From positions 1-61,847 of the IMG/VR virus record IMGVR_UViG_3300048587_000332: a DNA stretch of 61,847 nt. One strand, 5' to 3'. Under the pieces are notes generated by a model. It was not told the origin of the DNA. It did no database searches and saw only the letters and a program-made list of their open reading frames with translations. Below are positions 17,068 through 26,418 of the stretch, piece after piece. The position numbers and the translations under genes were made by a program. Source of the DNA: a virus (lineage: Duplodnaviria > Caudoviricetes). Each line of letters starts with the position of its first letter. Position 1 is the first letter of the stretch.

Positions 17068-19051
17068 AAAAGCAAAAGGCGAACTCTTCGCGGACCTATT
17101 GGGCTCACGGCCCACACAGCTTACACTTCTCGGCGACGACGGTCCCCCTTTAGGGGAGGGCTTCTTTCCGCCCATCTATCGCGATTATGCGGGCTTTAGT
17201 CGCACCTTGCGGGAAGCGCAAGAGGAAGGCGCTCTCGGCTACGACTTGGAATTCACCGGGCTTCGCCCGACGATTGTAGGCATCGCCTCCAAGAGAAGCG
17301 CCGCTTCGCTCCCGCACGCCCCAAAACTCGTGGAGGAGATCTGGGACAGCGGACTACCGCTCGTAGGGCACGCCATAGTGTCCGCTGACAAGCCCGTAAC
17401 TGAAGCCGTTCTCGGCTCCAGTACAGACCTCCACCGCTGGGAGGATACTCTTCTCTACTTTTATATCCTACATCAACACTACGCCAAAACTGAAGATCGC
17501 TCGGAAAGTGGCGAGTCCACTGGTGAGAGCGGTTCCATCGGACTCTTCGATCTGTTTTCATGTTCTGCGCACTATCTACTAGTGCCCTCATGGAAGCAGT
17601 GTCGCGGCAAGTTCTGTACTGGTCCCTGCCCAAATTGTTCTCCGTTTGAGTACAACGCCATCGATAGTTGGGCACCCTTGATAGCTTGGTACGAAATGAA
17701 GCGCCAGTACGAGAAGCAGTTCCCGTCTAAACTGGCGTACTGGCATAAAGCGGAGATGGCCGAGATTGCCGAGAAGATGCAAGACCGGGGCATCCAACTC
17801 AACATGGACACTGCGGCGGAGATTGCCGCCGAGATCAAAGAGAAGCGCGACCGTACCGCAGCCGACCTCCCTTTCAACCCGGCATCACCAAAGCAAGTGA
17901 CTGTCTTCTTCTCCGCTTCCGGCATCGAAATGGAGAGTACCTCCAAGGACAACGTACTTTCTATACTCCGAAGCGTATCTGAGGAGTACGGCTACGAGAT
18001 TGAAAACGTAGACGAGGCGGCTCCCGAACTTCTGCGGCACCTCAAAAATTTGTACGACTGGAAGCAGGCAGGTAAGGGTATCAAGTCCTGGGTCGATGAA
18101 AAATATCTCGACCGCTCCAATAAGGTCCACCCGCGCTTCATCGTCGCAAGTACCTCTACGGGCCGTCTCAGTTCGTCTTCGCCCAACTATCAGAACGTCC
18201 CAAAGCGCGGAGGCATGTCGGCTGTGCGCCGCGTAGTCGTCCCTTCCAGGGATGATTATGTACTACTTGGTGCAGACTTTTCGCAGATGGAGCTTCGCGT
18301 TGTTCTGAAAGAGGCGGGCTACCTAGAGGCCCTCTCAGGAGACGCTTACAACCTCGTCACGGACGCCGCTGGCGAACTCTTCGCAGGCCCAGCACGAGAC
18401 ACTAACCGCAAGCCCCGCGACATCGCTAAGATTGTCGTTCTGGGCACTAACTACCTTCTCGGCTACCACGCTTACCGCCCAGGAGATCTGCGCACCGGCT
18501 TCAACCGTCAACTCCTCGACCAAGGCGCTATCCACATTTTCCCCGACTGGATGTACTGCGGGATGCACATGTGCATGAATGGAAAAAAGCTCGCCTTCCT
18601 CCTCTTTGGAGATGACACTATCGAACATCGTCGCAAGGCCATCGAAATTCAACTCGGGTATCTCGAACGCTTTCCGCGTGTTCTATCCTGGCAAGAGCGC
18701 ATCGCCAAAGAGATCGAAACCACTAACCGCATTACTCGCGCCAATGGCTATTTCCTCGACCTTTACAAAGACCCCAACGATAATCTGAAGAAAGCCGCCG
18801 CCTTCATCGGCCAAGGCTACGGTGGCGACCACTGCCAAGGTATCATGCGCAAATACTACGGCACCTACGGTGCTGTGCCTCTAATGCAGATTCACGACGA
18901 ACTTATCTTCGAAGTACCGCACGAGTGGTCTTCTGAGGAGTGTTCTAACTTCATGCAATTGATGACCACCGAAACAGACATCTACCCCGGCTTCTCCTGT
19001 CCCATCGAAGTTAAGCGTGGCGATAGTTGGGGTACTATGCAACAGATTTAA
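17057..19051 (+). CDS. polA: DNA polymerase family A with 3'-5' exonuclease
   Basis: YDLEF exonuclease motif; TGRLSSSSPNYQN; ADFSQMELRV; RDIAKIVVLGTNY; QIHDEL. Confidence 0.95.
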   Translation: MASRKAKGELFADLLGSRPTQLTLLGDDGPPLGEGFFPPIYRDYAGFSRTLREAQEEGALGYDLEFTGLRPTIVGIASKRSAASLPHAPKLVEEIWDSGLPLVGHAIVSADKPVTEAVLGSSTDLHRWEDTLLYFYILHQHYAKTEDRSESGESTGESGSIGLFDLFSCSAHYLLVPSWKQCRGKFCTGPCPNCSPFEYNAIDSWAPLIAWYEMKRQYEKQFPSKLAYWHKAEMAEIAEKMQDRGIQLNMDTAAEIAAEIKEKRDRTAADLPFNPASPKQVTVFFSASGIEMESTSKDNVLSILRSVSEEYGYEIENVDEAAPELLRHLKNLYDWKQAGKGIKSWVDEKYLDRSNKVHPRFIVASTSTGRLSSSSPNYQNVPKRGGMSAVRRVVVPSRDDYVLLGADFSQMELRVVLKEAGYLEALSGDAYNLVTDAAGELFAGPARDTNRKPRDIAKIVVLGTNYLLGYHAYRPGDLRTGFNRQLLDQGAIHIFPDWMYCGMHMCMNGKKLAFLLFGDDTIEHRRKAIEIQLGYLERFPRVLSWQERIAKEIETTNRITRANGYFLDLYKDPNDNLKKAAAFIGQGYGGDHCQGIMRKYYGTYGAVPLMQIHDELIFEVPHEWSSEECSNFMQLMTTETDIYPGFSCPIEVKRGDSWGTMQQI

Positions 19052-19061
19052 GGAGGTTCCC

Positions 19062-19700
19062 ATGATTCAAGAAACCCGACTCGGTAATTGTTTTGACCTG
19101 CTTTCGCAGTATCCAGACAAACACTTTTCTTTGTGTTTGACCGATATTCCCTATGGAGTGGTGTCTCGGGATAGTGGAGGTTTGAGAAATCTCGACAAAG
19201 GCCACGCCGACATCGTAGACTTTTCTTTGGAAACTTTAGTTAGTACTTTAGTTCGTGTGGTATCTGGGTCTCTTTATATATTTTGCGCCAAAGAACAAGT
19301 TAGCGATCTATACACATTAGTACAAGTTCAAGGCATGACCCCTCGTTTGGGTATCTGGCAAAAAACAAATCCTTCGCCCATGAATGGGCAGCACTTCTGG
19401 CTCTCCGGGGTTGAGTGTTGTGTTTTTGGACGCTTCAAGGGTGCGCCTTTTAACGAGTTTTGTAAAAACTCGGTGTGGCAGTTCCCTAGCGGACGTTCCA
19501 AAAGACACCCGACAGAAAAGCCTCTTAAGCTTTGGGAATATTTGATTTCTGCTAGTTCTCGACCCGGAGACTTAGTTCTTGACCCTTTCTGTGGTTCGGG
19601 CACTACAGGAGAAGCGTGCCAAAATTTAGGCCGTCAATTTGTTCAAATTGACCGAGAAGCCGACTACATCGAAATAGCAAAAAGGCGCTTGAAACCTTGA
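19062..19700 (+). CDS. N6-adenine/N4-cytosine DNA methyltransferase (beta class)
   Basis: TDIPY ... HPTEKP ... LDPFCGSGTT. Confidence 0.9.
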   Translation: MIQETRLGNCFDLLSQYPDKHFSLCLTDIPYGVVSRDSGGLRNLDKGHADIVDFSLETLVSTLVRVVSGSLYIFCAKEQVSDLYTLVQVQGMTPRLGIWQKTNPSPMNGQHFWLSGVECCVFGRFKGAPFNEFCKNSVWQFPSGRSKRHPTEKPLKLWEYLISASSRPGDLVLDPFCGSGTTGEACQNLGRQFVQIDREADYIEIAKRRLKP

Positions 19701-19746
19701 CGCCATCCTCTTGAAACTGTTACAATAATTATAGGAGGATAGATGT

Positions 19747-20016
19747 TTGGCGAGAAAACCAAAGGTTGAAGAGCGCACCACAGCCAAAGACGTAGCCAAT
19801 GCGCTTCGCACGGCTTCTGTCGTAATGCTTCGGGAGGATTCACAAGACATAGATCCTTCTAAACTCGAAACAAAATACTTACCCGCCGTCGAAGCCCTGC
19901 TCGACAGCTTCCACCAATTCACCAAACAAGAACACCTAACTCTCGCCGAAGCCGCCTGGATTTGTTTAGCAACCGCCAACCGCCTCTATCAAGCGAGGGT
20001 CGAGTTCAATGCCTAA
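19747..20016 (+). CDS. Hypothetical protein
   Basis: TTGACG-18-TACAAT promoter; AGGAGG SD. Confidence 0.6.
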   Translation: MARKPKVEERTTAKDVANALRTASVVMLREDSQDIDPSKLETKYLPAVEALLDSFHQFTKQEHLTLAEAAWICLATANRLYQARVEFNA

Positions 20017-20809
20017 ACACGTCGAAATCGCCAAACGCTTCCTCTTCTGGACAGACACTCACATCGGCACCTGGGTCGAACACAAAGCGGGCAAATACAT
20101 CAGCAAAAAGACCCACAACGAACGGGCTATCCGCTGCGTCCGCAACTTCGCCGAAGACTTCAAACCTGACGTATGGGTCCACGGTGGCGACCTCCTCGAC
20201 TGGGCACCTATTAGCCACTGGAATAAAGACCGCGCCGCAGAAGTGTCCCGCACGTCCCTGCGAGACGATCTGAACAAAGCCCAAGAGCAGGTCATCGCGC
20301 CTATGGCGGCTATCGCCACCGAGCGCGTATTCATCATCGGCAACCACGAAAACTGGCTCCAGCAGTTTCTCGACAAATACCCTTGCTTGGATGACATCCT
20401 ATCCTTAGATGGTTTGCTCCGCTTGTCGGAACAATCCTTCAAAATAGTTGAACAAGGGTACTTCCACCAACTCGGCAAGCTCTTCTTCGGACATGGCGAT
20501 ACTATCGCCAACGGCCAATACCACGCGGCTGCCGCAACCCGCGACTATATGCGCAACATCGTATATGGTCATCGCCACACCTTCCAAGCGCATTCGCGCA
20601 AAAAGCCCCTCGACAAGAACGAAACACTCATCGGCTGGTCTATCCCTGGTTTGTGTGATCTGAACCCCCACTACTCAAAACGTCAAAACAACGAGTGGTC
20701 CCACGGCTTTGCCTACGGCTACCTATTGACCGACGGCACCTTCTCAATCTACCCTGTAATCATGCACGCCGAACGCTTCGCGCTCAACGGCAAGTTGTAT
20801 ACGCCATGA
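20009..20809 (+). CDS. Calcineurin-like metallophosphoesterase
   Basis: TDTH, GGD, GNHE, HGD, GHRH. Confidence 0.9.
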   Translation: MPKHVEIAKRFLFWTDTHIGTWVEHKAGKYISKKTHNERAIRCVRNFAEDFKPDVWVHGGDLLDWAPISHWNKDRAAEVSRTSLRDDLNKAQEQVIAPMAAIATERVFIIGNHENWLQQFLDKYPCLDDILSLDGLLRLSEQSFKIVEQGYFHQLGKLFFGHGDTIANGQYHAAAATRDYMRNIVYGHRHTFQAHSRKKPLDKNETLIGWSIPGLCDLNPHYSKRQNNEWSHGFAYGYLLTDGTFSIYPVIMHAERFALNGKLYTP

Positions 20810-21159
20810 AAACCATCATCGCCGGAAGCCGTAGCCTCGAACCTAAACGTCGGGAGATTTGGAGCATTCTCGAAACTACCGAAGGTATCACTGAAGTTGT
20901 TTCGGGGCTTGCCAAAGGCCCCGACCTTATAGGAAAATGGTGGGGGCTTTCCCGCAGACTCCCTGTGGCGGAGTTTCCCGCAGATTGGGCAACTCTGGGG
21001 AAGCGGGCCGGGTTTACGCGCAACTTGCAAATGGCTGACTATGCCGAACAGTTATTGGCTTTTTGGGACGGCAAATCAAGAGGCACGGAACACATGATTA
21101 ACTCATTCCGCTCCAAATATCCCGAGAAGCCTATCCACATCTTCACAATCACACCGTAG
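20806..21159 (+). CDS. SLOG-family (YspA/DUF2493-like) protein
   Basis: IIAGSR, VVSGLAKGPD, FPADW...GKRAG..RN.QM, AFWDGKSRGT. Confidence 0.85.
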   Translation: MKTIIAGSRSLEPKRREIWSILETTEGITEVVSGLAKGPDLIGKWWGLSRRLPVAEFPADWATLGKRAGFTRNLQMADYAEQLLAFWDGKSRGTEHMINSFRSKYPEKPIHIFTITP

Positions 21160-21187
21160 CCCGAAGGGCTACAGAAGGAGACAACCA

Positions 21188-21685
21188 ATGTCAGGCAACC
21201 GCGATAAGACCCCCTATCGCTTCGATCTTCTCATCCCAGATTTCCTAGAGCACATGGGAGACGCCATGGGAGAGGGCCACGAGAAATACGATGACGCCCG
21301 TTCCTATCCCAACTGGCAATACGGTTTGGCGGAAGACAAGTCGCCAATTAACCACGCCTATGCCCACCTGCTGGCATATCATCGACTGAAGAACAGTCTT
21401 CCCGACGAGTCAAGACTGCTCCAGGAACTTAGGGTAGAGCATCTTGCCCATCTCGCCTGCAATGCCATGATGGAATACTGGCTGCTCGTAAACGGCCCCC
21501 GTGCGGCAGACGGCCCCGAGCCGGAAGACTTCCTGGGCTTTGCCAAGCACGACCTGCCGTCGGCTGCGGAGCTCGAAGAGGAACCGTCGGTTCCAACTGC
21601 GTCCACCTTCGCGCCTCCGCCGCCTTCTCTGCTCGCCCGCCTCTTGGAGAAGTTTCCTTCCACAGAAGGGAAGGTGTCCAGCTAA
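21188..21685 (+). CDS. dATP/dGTP diphosphohydrolase (DUF5664-like)
   Basis: RFDLL...G.EKY...NW..G...HA..HL...HLAHLACNAMM. Confidence 0.75.
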   Translation: MSGNRDKTPYRFDLLIPDFLEHMGDAMGEGHEKYDDARSYPNWQYGLAEDKSPINHAYAHLLAYHRLKNSLPDESRLLQELRVEHLAHLACNAMMEYWLLVNGPRAADGPEPEDFLGFAKHDLPSAAELEEEPSVPTASTFAPPPPSLLARLLEKFPSTEGKVSS

Positions 21686-22528
21686 ATGTCTCCGCAAGTC
21701 AAGTCGCTTGCACAACTCGTAGCGGCGGACCTACCCACAAACGCAACGTGGGCGGGTCCGTCGTACCTCCCCAAAGGCGGAACCCTGTTACTAGGAGCCG
21801 GGGCCAAGGTAGGTAAGTCCTTTTGCATTCTCGAAAACATTAGAGACTTCGCCCTTGGGAATCCTATCTACGGCCACCCCGACTTTTTGCCCGAGGCAAA
21901 ACCGCGCATTCTCTACTTCGAACAGGAACTTGGCGAATGGGGGCTTCAAAAACGCTTGAAGCGCCTCTTGCGTGGGCTAACGCCCGAACAACTGGAGGGC
22001 TTCACCTACGTCTCAAAGATACCGGAATTCAAGTTGGACACCTACGAAGGGTACAAGTTACTCCTCCAACTGATGGGCGAAGCGCAGCCGGATATCGTAA
22101 TCCTCGACCCCGTGGGTCGCATGTTAGAGGGCGACGATTCTTCAAACCAAGTAGTACGCCAGTTCTACGCCCACTTGGACGAAGCCCTTCTGAAGCACCC
22201 CGGCGCTTCCGCCATCATCGCCCACCACTTCCGCAAACCGGGCACTGACGAAACTTCCCGCAACGCAGACACCCTGGACATCCACAACTTCCGAGGGGCC
22301 TCTCAATGGGTGGGCAACCCGGACACGCTTGTTAGCGCCTCCAAACGGCACCACTCCTCCCGCTGTAGCTGGTATCTTGAAATGCGCGTCCAGACCCGCC
22401 AGGGCGAATCCCCGGAAGACTTCTATCTCGAAGTGAATGCCTACAACCTCTCCCGCGTCCTCTACGTGCAGAACTCCTATAAAGCCCCCCTTTACGACCT
22501 CTGCGAATCTTTTCCGTTTGACATTTAG
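21686..22528 (+). CDS. AAA_25 / RepA-like replicative helicase
   Basis: AGAKVGKS, ILYFEQE, VILDP, AHHFRK, RGAS. Confidence 0.85.
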   Translation: MSPQVKSLAQLVAADLPTNATWAGPSYLPKGGTLLLGAGAKVGKSFCILENIRDFALGNPIYGHPDFLPEAKPRILYFEQELGEWGLQKRLKRLLRGLTPEQLEGFTYVSKIPEFKLDTYEGYKLLLQLMGEAQPDIVILDPVGRMLEGDDSSNQVVRQFYAHLDEALLKHPGASAIIAHHFRKPGTDETSRNADTLDIHNFRGASQWVGNPDTLVSASKRHHSSRCSWYLEMRVQTRQGESPEDFYLEVNAYNLSRVLYVQNSYKAPLYDLCESFPFDI

Positions 22529-22694
22529 CGCCGTAGGCGCTAAGCTGAAGGTGTGCTAAGGCACTAATTCAAATGAGCCGCAGGCTCGGAAAGGAAGTCC
22601 TTATAGCCTGTTACTTTGTCACATATCGAGCGAATTGAGAATTTTGCCTGCGTTTGGCCCTCCGCTTGATACCCGGAGGGCCTTTCGCTTTTTA

Positions 22695-22760
22695 TGCTAT
22701 ACTAGTTGTAGACCAACCCCGGAAGAGGCAGTGCCGCGAAAGTGGCCTGCCTTTTTCGTT
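22695..22760 (+). ncRNA. Promoter + hairpin small-RNA unit E3
   Basis: TGCTATACT-AGTTGTAGACCAACCC, hairpin CGGAAGAGGCAG-T-GCCGC(GAAA)GTGGC-CTGCCTTTTTCG. Confidence 0.6.
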
Positions 22761-22797
22761 TGCATTTTTCGCTTTTCTGTGCGAAACTGGTTTTGTG

Positions 22798-23040
22798 ATG
22801 ACGAAAGCGGAACTCATAAAGTCTTTGGAGGGAGTGCCCGATTTGGCAAGGGTCTATTATGTGGACCGCCGCGAGCTAGGCGCTCAAACGAGAATTCGTT
22901 ATCATGACGGAGAACTTTGTGAACTACGGCGCGTGAAAGTGCAGAGCACTTCGTTCGGAGCCGTCAATGTTGTCGTTTTCGGCGAAACGGTACGCGAAGT
23001 ACTCGTAGACGTCAAAGAACTAAAAGTCATTCTCACATAG
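22798..23040 (+). CDS. Hypothetical protein
   Basis: MTKAELIKSLEG.PD.A.V start typical of small phage proteins. Confidence 0.6.
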   Translation: MTKAELIKSLEGVPDLARVYYVDRRELGAQTRIRYHDGELCELRRVKVQSTSFGAVNVVVFGETVREVLVDVKELKVILT

Positions 23041-23049
23041 GAGGATTTT

Positions 23050-23739
23050 GTGGTGGGATATTCACTTTGCATGATCTCTTTCGGCGAGGTATACGAGGAC
23101 CTCTGTCAAGCGGTCAAATTGGAGGCCGCCGACGTTGCGAGGACTCTGGGCTATAAGCCCCTCGACAATCTCGACGACTTCCGTCTTCCGAAGGAAGGCG
23201 AGACTTACCTGACTCCCGACGGCAAGATTGCCACGAAGGAGAAGGGCGACAAAGGACCTTACGGCCCTCGGCTCATTGTGGTCGAAGACCTGTCGGAGAG
23301 CGAACGCACTTACGGCAAGGGCATCAAGACCGGCGCAGATGCGTTGGCGAAGGTGTTGCGAGTAAGTGGCGCGGCTAACGACTGCGCGGACGGAACCGAT
23401 ATCAACCAAGAGACTTTCTCTACGGAGGGTTGGGAAGTTGTAGAACTGCGGAAGCTGCGAGAAGGCGAGAGGACTACCTATATTGAACCAAAGCTCTTTA
23501 GGGGTGGTTTTGAAATTTGGGCACATCTCGGTTCATCATGCTTCGAAGAACCCGTCTACATCGTGCGCAAAAAGCAGCCGCGCAAAAAGCGCGTCCTGGT
23601 TTTCGACTATGATGAGGTCGCGGGACTCTCGGTAAGGGTAAGCCTCCCCGACCTATCCCTAGGACTGCTCGTTAAGTGTCTCCGAGGGGGGGGGGGATCG
23701 GTCGTAATCTGGGGCACCATCGAAGAGCGCGAGGAGTAG
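23050..23739 (+). CDS. Hypothetical protein, paralog of 30783-31559
   Basis: FRLPKEGETYL...PRLIV...LSESERTYG.G; G11 run near the 3' end. Confidence 0.7.
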   Translation: MVGYSLCMISFGEVYEDLCQAVKLEAADVARTLGYKPLDNLDDFRLPKEGETYLTPDGKIATKEKGDKGPYGPRLIVVEDLSESERTYGKGIKTGADALAKVLRVSGAANDCADGTDINQETFSTEGWEVVELRKLREGERTTYIEPKLFRGGFEIWAHLGSSCFEEPVYIVRKKQPRKKRVLVFDYDEVAGLSVRVSLPDLSLGLLVKCLRGGGGSVVIWGTIEEREE

Positions 23740-23741
23740 CC

Positions 23742-23885
23742 TCAGCGTCTCCAGCGTTCGGCTTCTTTGGAGGCTTCTTTGGCGCGGATCTCGGCAAGGG
23801 CCGCTTTGCGGTTGAACTTGTGGGGACCCGCGCCGCTTCTATTTTTGGCGGCTTTCACATAGGGGTTTCTGGGCACTCGTCTCAT
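23742..23885 (-). CDS. Small basic protein (47 aa, not in the ORF track)
   Basis: MRRVPRNPYVKAAKNRSGAGPHKFNRKAALAEIRAKEASKEAERWRR; fills the gap downstream of E4. Confidence 0.55.
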   Translation of the reverse strand: MRRVPRNPYVKAAKNRSGAGPHKFNRKAALAEIRAKEASKEAERWRR

Positions 23886-23909
23886 TCGCTATGCCCAAAT
23901 CGCGAACAA

Positions 23910-23990
23910 CAGAAAACACAAAAGGACAGAGCCGATGGGTGTCGGCGTCTGTCCTCTCGTGGGTTTGGGGTCTACAACAAGCATAGCACA
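23910..23990 (-). ncRNA. Promoter + hairpin small-RNA unit E4
   Basis: TGCTATGCT-TGTTGTAGACCCCAAAC, hairpin CACGAGAGGACAGA-C-GCCGA(CACCCA)TCGGC-TCTGTCCTTTTGTG. Confidence 0.6.
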
Positions 23991-23991
23991 A

Positions 23992-26409
23992 TTAAGGCAA
24001 CCGATCAACAATCTTCTGCCGATTTTTCACACCCTTGAACTTCTCGGCCATTGCGTCCAATAAGGTTTCTCGTTGGCCTTCTCCTTCCAGGCTTCGAGCA
24101 GTTTCTCCGGCACCAACCCGCGCCCCCGAACGGAGCATAGGGATTATAGTATTCATACGAGTGCCTATTGCCCGAGTTTCTTCGGGAGAAGCCTGCATGT
24201 ATCGCTTCACTGCGCCGGAGGGGTCGGCTTTCAACAGTTCCCGGAAACGCGCTCCGATGCCGGCCAAACGTCCGGAGAGCCAGATAGTGGTCTTATTCTT
24301 CTCTGCAATGGTGTTCAGCAACTCCTCATTGCGCAAGAGCACAGAAAGTCCCAAAGCCGCATCTGCTTGGTCGTCCGGTACTTGGGTTTCTCCCGTTAGA
24401 GTCTTCAGGTATTCCCAAGCGCGGCCTGCTGTCTTGGCGTCCTTGCCTTTGGGAGCCGCCAATCGTTCCACGATTTCCGGCGTCAACTTCTTGTCGCGAA
24501 CCTTGGACAGCAACTCTTGAATCATCAACTGACGGGTGCGGGGCAGATCTTTAGGAGCCACTTCTTCAATCGTCTTGAACAGTTCGTCCAAAGACGTAGT
24601 AATCTCCTGGACTTTCGTTCCGCCCAGTAACGGCTGTGTCAGTTCGTCAGCATCCGGCAGTGTGCCGGGAAGTCCTCGGAGTTCGCGGGTTTTACGCAAC
24701 GCATCAAACTTGCCAAGTTTCTGCTTGAACAGTGCAACATTTCGTGCGTTTGCTACCTGTGCTTGTTCTTGCCTGAAAGCATTCTCTGCTGCGATTTTGG
24801 CATTAGCTTCTTCCGTGCGCCGAACAGCCTGCTGCCGCATAGGGGCTACGCGCTGTTCATACGCGGTATTGTCCGCAAGGTCGAACTTAGGAGCTTGTCC
24901 CGGAATAACAGTTTCGACTGTCTCCCCCGGCACTTTAGTCTCGTCAATAAGAGCGCGGATACCTGGGTCGGCTTCCTTGCCGACTTTATCCACTAGCTTT
25001 TGGAGGGTACCCTCCCCTCGTCCGTACTTAACAGCGTGTTCAAGTACGGCAACGGCTGAAGTCTTGTCAAAGTTAGAGGCTTCGGCCAACTCTTCCGCAG
25101 CGGCATCAATAGATGCTCGGGAAGGGAAGTTCTTAGTATTGCTGAAGAGCTTATGCTTATCGGCGACTTTCAGGACAGCATCGACACCTTTGGCGGTGCC
25201 GAACTTGGCATCGTTCATGAAGTCGAATGCCTGGAAAGCGGTCAGTGCTTCGGCGCTGTACTTCTTGTTTTCCACCACCTGCTTGCGCAGGTTGGTATAC
25301 ATCTTATCGGCGTCAAAGCCAACCCCCAAGGCGGCGCGAGATGTAGAGGCAGTGCCCGGTGCGATGGTGGTACGACCCCCACCGATAAACCCTTCCACCA
25401 CTTCGTCGGGAGTTCCTGGCTTGATAGGGCTAAAGCCTCGCTCGAAGGTAGGTGTTTCCTTGAGGGGTTTGATAGTGGGCCGCTTCGGCAAAGGCGCAAC
25501 TTGTACGCTGCCCTTAGCGGTTTCGTCCAAACCTCGGATATACTGAAGCACGTCATCTGTAACGATACTTCGCGGCGCTGCGGTAGCTGCGGCAAGTCCC
25601 GGTTGTCCCAAGGTCTGGTCAATCTTGGCGAGCAACTCGGGGCGGTCCTGTAACATCTGAACAACTTCTTCGTTGGGGATAGGGTCTCGGCCCTCAGGAC
25701 GAAACTTCTTCCGGGCCTGGAAAAGCATATCCTCGGAGATTTCTTTTCCGGGTCCTGGCAACATCCGAGTCAACCAGGGCAAAGCACTATGCAACAGTCC
25801 CGCAGTACCACCAAGCACTCCTTGTAGGGCGGGGTTGGCGTCCTCATCGCCAGCCGCTTTACGCGCAACTCCCTCCGCTCCGCCCAGAAGCATATTTTTG
25901 AGAGTTTGCTTAATAAGGCCGCCGCGCCCCACTGGGACAGCATTGACAGCAGCACTTGCTAAATCGGCAGGAAACGATTCCGTGGAAGTGAAGGGAGCAG
26001 ATGCGAGCATAGACAGACCAGATCCTTTGAAGGGTCCGGGCAGCAAGGCGGTCGCCGCCGCGCCTCCTATGCCCATCGCTGTCTGAACCGCTGCGTCTTT
26101 TGGAGGAGCCGAACCAGTTAGGCCGAAGATTGAGAACGGTTTGGCAATGTGATTCTGTGTCAACTCCGCCATAAATCCTACGTTCTTGTCGTAGTATTCT
26201 TTGAAGATCTTCTCTACCGTAGCTTCGTCGGCCTCTGCGATATCAGAACGCCCCACATCTCGTACTAAGAATTGTTTCTTGGCCTGAGTAGGCATGAGGC
26301 TGTACTTCTTCAACTCTTGCCGGAACTCCTGCAAAGGCCGATTTGCTTCCTCGGCTTCCTTTTGGGAAACGAGCAAAGATCCGCCGAAAGCGCCGAGAGG
26401 TAGAGGCAT
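23992..26409 (-). CDS. Putative internal virion / DNA-ejection protein (805 aa)
   Basis: Large, helical, A/G-rich; third of three large genes after the tail module. Confidence 0.6.
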   Translation of the reverse strand: MPLPLGAFGGSLLVSQKEAEEANRPLQEFRQELKKYSLMPTQAKKQFLVRDVGRSDIAEADEATVEKIFKEYYDKNVGFMAELTQNHIAKPFSIFGLTGSAPPKDAAVQTAMGIGGAAATALLPGPFKGSGLSMLASAPFTSTESFPADLASAAVNAVPVGRGGLIKQTLKNMLLGGAEGVARKAAGDEDANPALQGVLGGTAGLLHSALPWLTRMLPGPGKEISEDMLFQARKKFRPEGRDPIPNEEVVQMLQDRPELLAKIDQTLGQPGLAAATAAPRSIVTDDVLQYIRGLDETAKGSVQVAPLPKRPTIKPLKETPTFERGFSPIKPGTPDEVVEGFIGGGRTTIAPGTASTSRAALGVGFDADKMYTNLRKQVVENKKYSAEALTAFQAFDFMNDAKFGTAKGVDAVLKVADKHKLFSNTKNFPSRASIDAAAEELAEASNFDKTSAVAVLEHAVKYGRGEGTLQKLVDKVGKEADPGIRALIDETKVPGETVETVIPGQAPKFDLADNTAYEQRVAPMRQQAVRRTEEANAKIAAENAFRQEQAQVANARNVALFKQKLGKFDALRKTRELRGLPGTLPDADELTQPLLGGTKVQEITTSLDELFKTIEEVAPKDLPRTRQLMIQELLSKVRDKKLTPEIVERLAAPKGKDAKTAGRAWEYLKTLTGETQVPDDQADAALGLSVLLRNEELLNTIAEKNKTTIWLSGRLAGIGARFRELLKADPSGAVKRYMQASPEETRAIGTRMNTIIPMLRSGARVGAGETARSLEGEGQRETLLDAMAEKFKGVKNRQKIVDRLP

Positions 26410-26418
26410 TACAATCTC

